Shown: in pieces, positions 52,937 to 61,797 of the stretch
Layout of the letters: each line of letters opens with the position of its first letter
How positions within the stretch are numbered: the first letter of the stretch is position 1
DNA from: an archaeon
GTDB taxonomy: Archaea; Thermoproteota; Nitrososphaeria; Nitrososphaerales; Gagatemarchaeaceae
Assembly: GCA_021791695.1 (NCBI GenBank)
Contig: JAJYWC010000005.1
Location: 696-64,695 of the forward strand
Direction of reading: 5' to 3'
DNA: 64,000 nucleotides
Made by a program: the position numbers and the translations under genes
The notes under the pieces: generated by a model
Told to the model about the DNA's origin: nothing
Seen by the model: the letters and a program-made list of their open reading frames with translations, nothing else
Databases searched by the model: none

Positions 52937-53764
52937 ATGACCACTCCGCGAAGGACCGTCCTCCTTCTGGTCCTTTCAGCGGTCGCTGCGGTCTACAGCC
53001 TCCTTCCCATCTATAATCTGTTCAGCCTCTCGTTCATGGATGGCAGCCAGCTCGTCCGGCACTTTCTCTTCCCGCCCACTCCGAACTTGGGGAACTATCT
53101 CCGTCTCTTCGGTCTCCTGCCATTCCAGGAGGCCGCGCAGGTCAGGCAGGGTCTGGCTAACAGCGTCGTGGTGGCGCTGTCGGTCATGGCCGTCACCATG
53201 GCGGTGGCCGTCCCCGCGGGATACGCGCTGGGAAGGTTGCAGATGAAGGGGCGCGGCCTGATACTCGGCGTGATTATAGGGACGAGGATGCTCCCCCCCA
53301 TTACGATACTGTTGCCCTACTACTTCTTCTTCAAAGCCATCCACCTTTGGGGGACGATTCCCGGGCTCGTCATCATCCAGATGAGCATCACCGTCCCGGT
53401 AGTTGCCTGGGTGCTCGTCGGCTTCTTCGGCGCCCTGCCTAGGGACATAGAGATGTCAGCGAGGATGGACGGCTGCACCAGGTTCCAGGCCTTCAGGAGA
53501 GCCCTCCTCCCGCTCGCCGCCCCGGGTATCGCTGCGAGCGCCGTCATCGCCTTCCTCTTCTCCTGGAACGACTACCTCTACAGCCTCATCCTTACGAGCG
53601 GGACACCCGCGATGACCCTGAACGCCTTCCTGTCCGACCTCGGCGGCACCATGCTCGCTGCAGGGGTCGTCATCCAGGTAGTCGTCGCGATAATCCTCGG
53701 AGGCTTCCTGCAAAGATACATCACGAAGCTGAAGATCGTAGACCCTGGCACGGTCAACCTCTAA
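52937..53764 (+). CDS. ABC sugar-transporter permease (MalG/UgpE-like), copy 2
   Basis: 275 aa, colinear with copy 1 (about half of residues identical by eye outside the shared tract). A 73-nt spacer with a TATA-like AAGATAGATAA lies upstream. Confidence 0.8.
   Translation: MTTPRRTVLLLVLSAVAAVYSLLPIYNLFSLSFMDGSQLVRHFLFPPTPNLGNYLRLFGLLPFQEAAQVRQGLANSVVVALSVMAVTMAVAVPAGYALGRLQMKGRGLILGVIIGTRMLPPITILLPYYFFFKAIHLWGTIPGLVIIQMSITVPVVAWVLVGFFGALPRDIEMSARMDGCTRFQAFRRALLPLAAPGIAASAVIAFLFSWNDYLYSLILTSGTPAMTLNAFLSDLGGTMLAAGVVIQVVVAIILGGFLQRYITKLKIVDPGTVNL
53430..53573 (+). repeat. 144-bp tract identical to 52502..52645
   Basis: See 52502..52645. It encodes ALPRDIEMSARMDGCTRFQAFRRALLPLAAPGIAASAVIAFLFSWND, which includes the EAA loop. 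Confidence 0.9.
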
Positions 53765-53806
53765 TCGAGGCCCGGTATCAGCGTCCTGGTTGCGCAGAGA
53801 GGCAGG

Positions 53807-54820
53807 CTAACCCCAGGGCTTCAGGACGGCCCGGGCCTTCACCTCTCCCTTCTTCAGCTCCTGCATCGCCTTGTTCACCTCGTCCAGGGGGTGGGTCTCC
53901 GTCACGGGAAGCATCTTGTGGCTCACGGCGAGAGAGATGACCTCCCTCATCACCTGTCTCGACCCCATCAGCGTACCGACGACCTTCTTCTCGTCGTAGA
54001 ACGGAAAGTCGGGAACGCCTCCCCAGGCTCCCAGGACGATCGTGCCGTCCCGCTTCGTGGCCCTGACGGCCTGCATCGCCACGTCGCTCGAGGGTGCGAA
54101 GACTATGCTCGCGTCGACGCCGCCGAGCCTGTTCAGCTGGGCGACCGGGTCTTTCTTGGCGTCTACCGGCGTAGCCCCGAGCTCCTCCGAGAGGGCAAGG
54201 TGGAGGTCGCTCCTCGTGACCGCGTACACGTCCGAGCCGTACAGCTTCCCGTACTTTATCGCCATGTGCCCCACGCCTCCCACGCCGAACACCGCGAGCT
54301 TCTTCCCGGGACCCAGCGGGACCTTCTTTATCGCGCCGTAGGCCGTTACCCCCGGACAGAACAGCGGCGCCGCGTCGACAGGGTCGAGCTCCGCCGGCAG
54401 GGGATAGATGTGGCCGTCGTTCGCCAGGATGTACTGGGCGAACCCTCCGTCGACCGTCTCGCCGGTTATGTCCCTCTTCCAGCACAGCTGTTCCCTCCCG
54501 GTGAGGCAGTACTCGCAGCTCCCGCAGGAGGTCCACAGCGGAGAGACCCCTATCTTGTCGTCCTTCTTGACCGAGGTGACCCCCTCTCCGACCTCGGCAA
54601 CCCTCCCGGCTATCTCGTGGCCCGGTATGATCGGATACTTCGCGGGCACCCCCATATGCACCCACTCGCCCTCGACCATGTGGAGGTTCGAGCGGCATAT
54701 CCCAGCGGCCTCTATCTTGACGAGTATCTGGCCCCTCCTCGGCACGGGAAGCTCGACCTCCTCGACCTGGAGCGGTCTGGTTTCTATCTTCCCCACTTTG
54801 TGCAGTTGCGCTGCCTTCAC
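53807..54820 (-). CDS. Zn-dependent alcohol dehydrogenase (MDR)
   Basis: MKAAQLHKVGK..., AAGICRSNLHMVEGEW, IPGHEIAGRV, CGSCEYCLTG and VFGVGGVGH. Confidence 0.8.
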   Translation of the reverse strand: MKAAQLHKVGKIETRPLQVEEVELPVPRRGQILVKIEAAGICRSNLHMVEGEWVHMGVPAKYPIIPGHEIAGRVAEVGEGVTSVKKDDKIGVSPLWTSCGSCEYCLTGREQLCWKRDITGETVDGGFAQYILANDGHIYPLPAELDPVDAAPLFCPGVTAYGAIKKVPLGPGKKLAVFGVGGVGHMAIKYGKLYGSDVYAVTRSDLHLALSEELGATPVDAKKDPVAQLNRLGGVDASIVFAPSSDVAMQAVRATKRDGTIVLGAWGGVPDFPFYDEKKVVGTLMGSRQVMREVISLAVSHKMLPVTETHPLDEVNKAMQELKKGEVKARAVLKPWG

Positions 54821-54882
54821 CCGGGCTTCACGGCACGATCCCGGCGCGCAGATAGTTCAACTTTGCCGGTGAGCTGACAACC

Positions 54883-54892
54883 CTTTTAGAAA
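54883..54892 (+). promoter_or_regulatory. TATA-like box upstream of the methyltransferase TTG (54914)
   Basis: CTTTTAGAAA, centred about 26 nt upstream of the TTG. Confidence 0.4.
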
Positions 54893-54913
54893 GGCCGCTC
54901 CTCCTCCTCGCGC

Positions 54914-55720
54914 TTGACCGACCAGGAGCACTGGACGGAGGTCCTCTACGAGCGCTACCCTGACCTGTACCTTCCAATCCTGGAGTCCAGGAAGGAAGCC
55001 GGCGCGGAGGAAGCCGCCGAGGTCTCCAAGCTGATCGAACGCTCGGGAGGCAGGAAGGGGAAGGTCCTCGACCTTGCTTGCGGGATAGGCAGGCACAGCG
55101 TCCCGCTGGCCAAGATGGGTTACGAGGTCGTCGGCTACGACCTCTCTTCCCTGTTCATCGACCGGGCGAAGTCATGGGCGTCGAGCCAGGGCCTCGACCA
55201 GGCCCGGCTCAGGTTCTACAGGGGGGACGTCCGGAGGGTGGCGGAGGAGCTCGACCGGCTCAGGGAGGGCGGCTTCGACGCGATAGTGAGCCTCTTCAGC
55301 TCGATAGGCGCCTACGGAGAGGCCGAGGACGAGCGGCTGCTGAAGGACCTCCTCAAGGCAGCGGCACCCGACTGCCTGCTGATACTGGAGACCCTCAACC
55401 GGGATTCCCTGCTGAGGAGGTTCCAGCCATTCAACATCCAGGCGATATCCCAGAACCTGCGGCTCATAGACATCGCGAAGTTCAACGCGGAAGAGTCGAC
55501 CGTCGAAGACGACTGGCGCTTCTACAACGAGCTCCCCGACGGGACCCTGAAGCCCGAGCTCACCCTGCGCATCTCGGGCAGGGTCTACACGCTCCACGAG
55601 CTTCGCGAAATGACCACCGGGGCGGGATGGTCGTACGTCGCCGGCTTTGGGGGCCTGGTCTCCCCCGGCCCCGTAACCGCGGAGAGCCCGACCCTGGTCC
55701 TCGTGTGCCGGAAGGACTAG
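54914..55720 (+). CDS. Class I SAM-dependent methyltransferase
   Basis: VLDLACGIGRHSVPLAKMGYEVVGYDLS (motif I plus an acidic post-I residue) and FDAIVSLFSSIG (motif II). Confidence 0.75.
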   Translation: MTDQEHWTEVLYERYPDLYLPILESRKEAGAEEAAEVSKLIERSGGRKGKVLDLACGIGRHSVPLAKMGYEVVGYDLSSLFIDRAKSWASSQGLDQARLRFYRGDVRRVAEELDRLREGGFDAIVSLFSSIGAYGEAEDERLLKDLLKAAAPDCLLILETLNRDSLLRRFQPFNIQAISQNLRLIDIAKFNAEESTVEDDWRFYNELPDGTLKPELTLRISGRVYTLHELREMTTGAGWSYVAGFGGLVSPGPVTAESPTLVLVCRKD

Positions 55721-55788
55721 CCTTCCTGTGGCGACAGAAGTCGCCGGAGAAACACATATATCAGGTCACGCCCTCTGTCAGCGGCAGT

Positions 55789-56880
55789 TTGGTACGGGTT
55801 AAGTTCGATAGCGTATCAAAGGACTATGGGAACGTGACTGTCGTCGACAACTCGAGTTTCGAGGTGAAAGACCAGGAGTTCTTCATAATTCTAGGACCCT
55901 CAGGGTGCGGCAAGACGACGACGCTGAACATGATAGCTGGACTCGAGGAGCCGACCTCGGGGAACATCTACTTCGACGACCAACTCGTCAACACCATGGC
56001 ACCTGAGAAGAGAGATGTCGCTATGGTCTTCCAGACCTTCGCGCTCTATCCCAACCTGACCGTCCACGACAACATTGCCTTCCCGCTGAAGCTCAGGAAG
56101 ATGAAGAAGGAGCTTATCGAGGAGAAGGTCGCAGCCGTTGGCGTCAAGCTCAGGATCACACACCTCCTCGAGAAGAAGCCCTACCAGCTCAGCGGAGGGG
56201 AGCGCCAGAGGGTGGCCCTCGCGAGGGCTATAGTCCGCGAGCCCAGGCTTTTCCTGCTCGACGAGCCGCTCTCGAACATCGACGCGAAGCTCAGGGTGCA
56301 CATGCGCGCGGAGCTCATCGCCCTGCAGAGGGAGCTCAAGATTACCACGATATACGTCACGCACGACCAGGTCGAGGCCATGACGATGGCCGACCGGGTC
56401 ATGGTCATGAACCATGCGAAGATATCCCAGATAGGCAAGCCTCTTGAGGTCTTCCACAAGCCCGCCAACCTGTTCGTGGCGGGTTTCATGGGCACCCCCC
56501 CGATGAACTTCTTCAACGCGGAGCTCAAGAACGTCAACAGCCACCAGGTGGTCGCGAACGAATTCTTCACGATAAACGTGGACAAAGCCATGGGCGACAG
56601 GATCTCCAAGAGCACCACAGGCGGGGAGCTCATCGTCGGAGTCCGCCCGCAGAACATGCAGCAGGTCACTGCGAGCGGGGACGCAGTGTTCGAAGGAGAA
56701 GTATACGCCGTAGAGCCGCTCGGAATCGAGACGCAGGTCGATGTCAAGCTCGGGGACTCGATCTACAAGTTCGTGGGTCCCGCCGAGTACAAGTCCAAGA
56801 TGGGCGACAAGATCAAGGTCAAGATCGACACCTCGAACATGCACCTGTTCGACAGAAAGTCCGAGATCGCGCTAATCTAG
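55789..56880 (+). CDS. ABC sugar-transporter ATP-binding protein (MalK/UgpC-like)
   Basis: Walker A GPSGCGKTT, Q-loop, signature LSGGERQRVALARA, Walker B LFLLDEPLSNID and a C-terminal MalK-type regulatory domain. TTG 55789 gives MVRVKFDSVSKDYG; the upstream part of track ORF 55078..56880 overlaps the methyltransferase. Confidence 0.85.
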   Translation: MVRVKFDSVSKDYGNVTVVDNSSFEVKDQEFFIILGPSGCGKTTTLNMIAGLEEPTSGNIYFDDQLVNTMAPEKRDVAMVFQTFALYPNLTVHDNIAFPLKLRKMKKELIEEKVAAVGVKLRITHLLEKKPYQLSGGERQRVALARAIVREPRLFLLDEPLSNIDAKLRVHMRAELIALQRELKITTIYVTHDQVEAMTMADRVMVMNHAKISQIGKPLEVFHKPANLFVAGFMGTPPMNFFNAELKNVNSHQVVANEFFTINVDKAMGDRISKSTTGGELIVGVRPQNMQQVTASGDAVFEGEVYAVEPLGIETQVDVKLGDSIYKFVGPAEYKSKMGDKIKVKIDTSNMHLFDRKSEIALI

Positions 56881-56895
56881 AGCCTGGGCTTCACT

Positions 56896-57900
56896 TCAGT
56901 CCAGCTCGACCGGCCTGCCGTCGGCCATCGAACTCTCGCACGCCCGCGCCACCCGCAGGGCCTCCCGCGACTCCTCCGGTCTGATTATCTCTGGCTGCTT
57001 TCCCGAGGCGACGCAGCGAGCAAAGTATTCTATCTCCTGCCTCAGCGTCCCGCCGAGCTCGCCCCGTACGACGGGGATGAGCGTGGTGTCGGGCGTCCTG
57101 TACCCTTTGTCGTCCGAGACGAAGAGGCCCTGCTCGGACATGTCGATGATGGTGAAGCTCTTCTCCCCCAGCACCTCCATACGCGCGCCCACGAACGCGG
57201 GCACGCTGTCCGGCAGCGAGAACGAGTTGTAGACGACGGCGAACGACCCGTCCTCGAACTCCAGCGTCGAGGTCGTGTTGTCAGGATGCTTGAAGTCGAG
57301 GATCCTCGAGGACCTGCAGTACGCGCGCCTCACCTTCGACCTCTTGTACCAGAGTATGATGTCGATGTCGTGTATCCCCAGCTGCATTACTGGGGTCGAC
57401 CGACTCAAGAAGGTCGGGGCCTGCGCCCTGTTGACGGACCTCCTTGCAAAGATCGAGGCTATCTTCCCAAAACCCCCCGATTCGATGGACTCCTTCACCA
57501 TGGCGTACCTCGTGTCCCAGCGGAGGATGTGCCCCACCATCAGGATGGTCTTGTTCGTCTCGGACGCCCGGATCATAGCGTCCGCGTCTTCCAGGTTCGT
57601 CGCCATCGGCTTCTCGACGAGTACGTGGATGCCCTTCGACGAGGCCTGCACGACCGGCTCCCGGTGAGCGGGTTCGGGCGTGACGACGTGGACGGCGTCG
57701 AGCCTCTCGTTCGCGAGCATCTCTGAGAAGCTCGTGTAGGACCTGCTCACTCCGTACCTCGCCGCGAGCGCCTTTAGCCGGTCCTGACCCGTGTCGCACA
57801 CCGCCACGACTTCCACTCCAGCAGTCCCCTTCAGGACCTGGAGATGCTTCTCGCCCCACGTGCCCAGGCCGATGACCCCGACCTTGAGTGGCCCGCCCAT
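56896..57900 (-). CDS. Gfo/Idh/MocA oxidoreductase
   Basis: MGGPLKVGVIGLGTWGEKHLQVL, HVLVEKPMA and LMVGHILRW. Start refined to ATG 57900 (M136 of track ORF 56896..58305). Confidence 0.8.
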   Translation of the reverse strand: MGGPLKVGVIGLGTWGEKHLQVLKGTAGVEVVAVCDTGQDRLKALAARYGVSRSYTSFSEMLANERLDAVHVVTPEPAHREPVVQASSKGIHVLVEKPMATNLEDADAMIRASETNKTILMVGHILRWDTRYAMVKESIESGGFGKIASIFARRSVNRAQAPTFLSRSTPVMQLGIHDIDIILWYKRSKVRRAYCRSSRILDFKHPDNTTSTLEFEDGSFAVVYNSFSLPDSVPAFVGARMEVLGEKSFTIIDMSEQGLFVSDDKGYRTPDTTLIPVVRGELGGTLRQEIEYFARCVASGKQPEIIRPEESREALRVARACESSMADGRPVELD

Positions 57901-58002
57901 ATCCTCGGCCCGGCGGTCCCCGGCTTTTAGTCTATGCGGGTCGGCTCGCGCACCTAGGGGCCACGTTGATATTCCGGACCCGTCACCCGAGCGTGTCGTA
58001 GA

Positions 58003-58725
58003 ATGACTCCTCCCATGGCTTCCTGTCTCTCGTGCGGCTGCCTCGAGAGCTCGTGCCAACCCTGCAGGACGGTCGACTCGTGTGCGAACTGCGCCGCTGG
58101 CTGCTGCTGCCCGTCCGGTCACGCGTCCTGGAGGATGCGGCGGATAGACAGGGCGATATCGCTCGAGTACTTCAGCTCGCTCTGGATGGTCGTCGAGGTC
58201 CTCGGCGCCATGGTGGTCGGCCTCCTCTCGGGCAGCCTCGCGCTGCTCGCCTTTGGCGGGGACAGTGTGGCCGAGCTCATCTCGGCGTTCGTCGTCTTTA
58301 GTCACCTCAGAGAAGACGCGACCGGCTCCAGGGCCCTCGGCAGGCGCGCCGCGCTGGCCACGACCGTCCTCCTCTTCGCGATAATCCCCACGGTGGGACT
58401 CGGCGCCGTATACTCGTACACCTCCGGGCTGAGGCCGTCACCCTCCGTCCTCGGGATAGCCGTGGCGGTCGGAGCGGTCGCGATCATGCCCTACCTCTGG
58501 CTCGAGAAGCGAAAGATAGGCAGAGAGACCAGGTGCCTTCCCCTTTCCATCGACGCCGTGGAATCTGCCACCTGTTTCTTCATGGCAGTGGCCCTTCTGG
58601 GCGGGCTGCTCGCCGAGTACTTCCTCGGTCTCTGGTGGGCCGACTACGTAGCCACTGGCGCCATCCTCGTCTTCGTCGCGAGAGAGGCGGTAGAGGCGTA
58701 CGGCGAGATGAAGGAAGAGCCCTGA
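58003..58725 (+). CDS. Short cation-transporter (CDF-related transmembrane domain only) with a Cys-rich N-terminus
   Basis: Ten Cys in residues 8-36 (SCLSCGCLESSCQPCRTVDSCANCAAGCCC), then RAISLEYFSSLWMVVEVLG...SLALLAFGGDSVAELISAF and LSIDAVESATCF, the pattern I associate with COG3965-type cation transporters. No cytoplasmic CDF C-terminal domain. Confidence 0.55.
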   Translation: MTPPMASCLSCGCLESSCQPCRTVDSCANCAAGCCCPSGHASWRMRRIDRAISLEYFSSLWMVVEVLGAMVVGLLSGSLALLAFGGDSVAELISAFVVFSHLREDATGSRALGRRAALATTVLLFAIIPTVGLGAVYSYTSGLRPSPSVLGIAVAVGAVAIMPYLWLEKRKIGRETRCLPLSIDAVESATCFFMAVALLGGLLAEYFLGLWWADYVATGAILVFVAREAVEAYGEMKEEP

Positions 58726-60459
58726 CTACCAGGTCTCTTTCATGAACCGCCGCACTTCGGCCGGCGGATGGTAGTCTGGGTCTCTCATCTCCGCGGTCAC
58801 CCTCTGCCCGCCCGGTCCAGGGTGCTTCTTCCTCTTGGGGATGTACTTCGGCCGCGAGAATATGCCATCGACCCTGATGACCGTGTTGGCGACCTCTGTC
58901 GCCGTCTTCAGTACCTGCGCCTTGACGGCGTAGACGTCGAGCACTCCGCTTCCCTGCATGTCGGCCAGCTGCAGCCTGGCCGAGTCCACCCCGAACCACC
59001 TTGACCCGTTTGCGTGCTCGGCGCGGATCTTGATCATCGCATCCAGCGGCTTCAGGCCGCAGCTCTGCGCGAGCATCGTGGGTATCGACTCGAGGGCCTC
59101 AGCGTATCTCATCGCGGCAAGCTGCCTCTTTCCGTGCAGGGTGCGCGCCCACGCCTTGAGCCTGTGGGCCAGCTCCGCCTCGAGCGCTCCGCCTCCGGGG
59201 AAGACGGCCTTCTCCCTGGCGGCCCTGTCTACGCTGTTTATCGCGCTCTTGACAGCCAGTCCCGCAGTCTCGACGACGTTCTGCGAGCTGCCCCTGATGA
59301 GTATCGAGACCGCCTTCGGGTCCTTGCACCCTTCAAAGAATATCCAGTTGTCACCCTCCAGGTTCTTGACGTAGATGTGCTCGGCGTAGCCCAGGTCGTC
59401 CTTCGTGATGTTGACTGTCTCGGCGATTATGTTGCCTCCCGTCGCCTTGGCCAGCCTCTTGATGTCGGCGTCGAGCGCCCTCCTGATCGCCAGAATCCCG
59501 AGCCTTCCCAGCCCCACCTGGACGTAGTCGTCGTACGTCTTGGACGAGACTATCACGTTGCAGCCGGTGTCGAGGACGAGCTGGATCTTGTCCATCAGCA
59601 TCTTCCTCTCCTCGTCCTTGAAGGCCTTCATCTGCTCGGGGCTCTTGATCTGGATCTCGGGCTTGAAGAGCGGCGACATGAGGGCCATACGAATCTGGAG
59701 CTCCTCGCCGATGAACGCGATCTTAGCGTCCCTCACGTCGTACGGCATCCAGTACCTGGTGGGCTCTCTCCAGAGTCCTATCCCGTTGATGAGCTTCGAG
59801 TCCCGGAGCGTGCCGCCCGTCTTCTTTATCACGTCTATCTGGTCCGGGTCGACGAAAACCCCCCTGCCGTCGTACGCCTTCACCTTTCCCACAGCGTCTG
59901 CCACCATGGGAGCGAGGAACGCGGCGTCTTCAGGAGGGACCTTCGTCTCGAGGCAGCTCCGGGCGACCTTCAGCACGCTCTCCCTGTCCTCGATGTCAAA
60001 CTCCTGAGCCAGCTCCTTCATGATCTCCAGCGCCTTGTCGCCCGCGAGCGCGTATCCCTCCGCGATCACCGATGGGTGGACCTCGACGCGCATCAGCTGC
60101 TCCGCCCTCCTGAGCAGGGCTCCCGAGAGTACCATGGCGGTGATGGTCCCGTCGCCCACCGAGTAGTGCAGGGCCTTGCCGGCTTCTCGCATCACCTTCG
60201 CCGCAGGGTGTTCTATCTCGAGCCTGTTGAGCGCCTCCCACCCGTCCTTGGTCACCAGGACGGGCGTCACGAAATTGTCCGACTTGTACATCGCCTTGTA
60301 GCGACCCCTCGGCCCCAGCGCAGAACCGATGTAGGAGACAACGATGAGCGCCGCCTCAAGGCCGTTCCTCTGGGTCTTGGCGATCGCTTCAGACTTACCC
60401 GACCTTCTTCTACCGGACGCACTCCCCGACTTTGTAGCGCCGGAACGGACCTTGGGCAT
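58726..60459 (-). CDS. Group II chaperonin (thermosome) paralogue, divergent
   Basis: HPAAKVM, GDGTIT, KIAFIGEELQ...IKSPEQMKAFKDEERKMLMDKI, ILAIRRALDADIKRLAKATGGNII and FPGGGALEAELA are colinear with thermosome subunits. Start taken at ATG 60459 (M24 of the track ORF). Confidence 0.8.
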   Translation of the reverse strand: MPKVRSGATKSGSASGRRRSGKSEAIAKTQRNGLEAALIVVSYIGSALGPRGRYKAMYKSDNFVTPVLVTKDGWEALNRLEIEHPAAKVMREAGKALHYSVGDGTITAMVLSGALLRRAEQLMRVEVHPSVIAEGYALAGDKALEIMKELAQEFDIEDRESVLKVARSCLETKVPPEDAAFLAPMVADAVGKVKAYDGRGVFVDPDQIDVIKKTGGTLRDSKLINGIGLWREPTRYWMPYDVRDAKIAFIGEELQIRMALMSPLFKPEIQIKSPEQMKAFKDEERKMLMDKIQLVLDTGCNVIVSSKTYDDYVQVGLGRLGILAIRRALDADIKRLAKATGGNIIAETVNITKDDLGYAEHIYVKNLEGDNWIFFEGCKDPKAVSILIRGSSQNVVETAGLAVKSAINSVDRAAREKAVFPGGGALEAELAHRLKAWARTLHGKRQLAAMRYAEALESIPTMLAQSCGLKPLDAMIKIRAEHANGSRWFGVDSARLQLADMQGSGVLDVYAVKAQVLKTATEVANTVIRVDGIFSRPKYIPKRKKHPGPGGQRVTAEMRDPDYHPPAEVRRFMKETW

Positions 60460-60529
60460 CCTTGTTAGCTGCGCCGCTCGGCGGTGGCGGCGATATAAAC
60501 CTAAGCCCGACCGACGGCGCCCGGGCATC

Positions 60530-60538
60530 GTTTATCAG
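60530..60538 (+). promoter_or_regulatory. TATA-like box upstream of the M20 peptidase GTG (60561)
   Basis: GTTTATCAG, centred about 27 nt upstream of GTG 60561. A second box (GATATAAAC, 60492-60500) faces the thermosome-like gene. Confidence 0.4.
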
Positions 60539-60560
60539 GCGATCGGCGTGTGGCGCGTCC

Positions 60561-61775
60561 GTGAACCGCGACCCATCCCCGGTCAGGGCAGAGATCCTCA
60601 GGGATATCAGCAGGGAGGAGGTGACCCGGCTAACCTCCGAACTAGTCAAGATACCGACTGTGAACCCTCCCGGCGAAGAGCGACGCATATGCGAGTTCAT
60701 CGCCTCGTGGCTGGAGAAGAGGGGGGTCGCTGCGGAACTGCTAGAGGAGGTCGAGGGCCGGACGAACGTCCAGGCCGTGGTGCAGGGCGAACTCCCCGGG
60801 GGCAGGACGCTGGTGCTGAACGGCCACACGGACGTGGTCCCCGTCGGCAACGGATGGACGAAGGACCCGTTTGGCGGGCGGGTCGAGAAGGGGAGGGTCT
60901 ACGGCAGAGGAGCGGCTGACATGAAGGGGGGAGTAGCCTCCACGATGGTCGCCGCGGCCGCTCTACACAGACACAGAAAGAGCCTGCGGGGCAGGCTGGT
61001 GCTGCAGGCGGTCGCCGACGAGGAGGTGGGAGGGCAGATAGGGACGGGATACCTGGTCCGTCGCGGCCTGAGGGGGGACCTGGCGATCGTGGCCGAACCG
61101 ACGGGCCTGGAGGTCTGCGTCTCCCACAAGGGAGTCGTCAGGTTCGAGGTCACGACACTCGGCAAGTCCGCGCACTCCAGCGTCCCCTGGGAGGGCAGGA
61201 GCGCTGTGCTCGACATGAACGTAATCGTGGACGCGCTCAGGGCCTACGGGGAGAGGCTGGCGAAGGGAAGGAAGCACCCCCTGCTAGGAGCGCCGACGGT
61301 CAACGTGGGCGTGATCCAGGGCGGGGTCGCGGTGAACTTCGTCCCGGACAAGTGCAGGATAGTAGCCGAGAGGCGGGTCGTCCCTCCGGAGACGGTCGAG
61401 GAGGCCTCCCGCCAGGTACAGAAGGTGGTCGAGGACGCCGCGAAGAAGGCGGGCGCTAGGTACGAGATGAGATTCAACAGCAGGTCCAAGACCTCCGACG
61501 CGGGAGGGGAGAAGGCTAAGGTCGGGGTCGTGCTGAAGGCGGCGAGCGAGGTCATCGGAAGGCCTGCGAAGGCGAAGGGGTTCCTGGCGACGTGCGACGC
61601 CAGGTTCCTCAGCAACGACGCCAAGATTCCCTCGCTCGTCTTCGGTCCCGGGAGTCTGCCGAAGGTGCACGCCCCTGACGAGTACGTCGAGACGAAGGAA
61701 CTGGAGCAGGCGGCGAGGGTCTTCGCGCTCTCATTCATGTACCTCCAGCGCGTCCGGCCAGAAAACGAAATATAG
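60561..61775 (+). CDS. M20-family metallohydrolase (ArgE/DapE/carboxypeptidase G2-like)
   Basis: LVKIPTVNPPG, LVLNGHTDVVPVG, GRGAADMKGG, VADEEVGG and AEPT. GTG 60561 is preferred over track start 60462. Confidence 0.8.
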   Translation: MNRDPSPVRAEILRDISREEVTRLTSELVKIPTVNPPGEERRICEFIASWLEKRGVAAELLEEVEGRTNVQAVVQGELPGGRTLVLNGHTDVVPVGNGWTKDPFGGRVEKGRVYGRGAADMKGGVASTMVAAAALHRHRKSLRGRLVLQAVADEEVGGQIGTGYLVRRGLRGDLAIVAEPTGLEVCVSHKGVVRFEVTTLGKSAHSSVPWEGRSAVLDMNVIVDALRAYGERLAKGRKHPLLGAPTVNVGVIQGGVAVNFVPDKCRIVAERRVVPPETVEEASRQVQKVVEDAAKKAGARYEMRFNSRSKTSDAGGEKAKVGVVLKAASEVIGRPAKAKGFLATCDARFLSNDAKIPSLVFGPGSLPKVHAPDEYVETKELEQAARVFALSFMYLQRVRPENEI

Positions 61776-61797
61776 CTAATGGATTCTCCGGCGGTCG

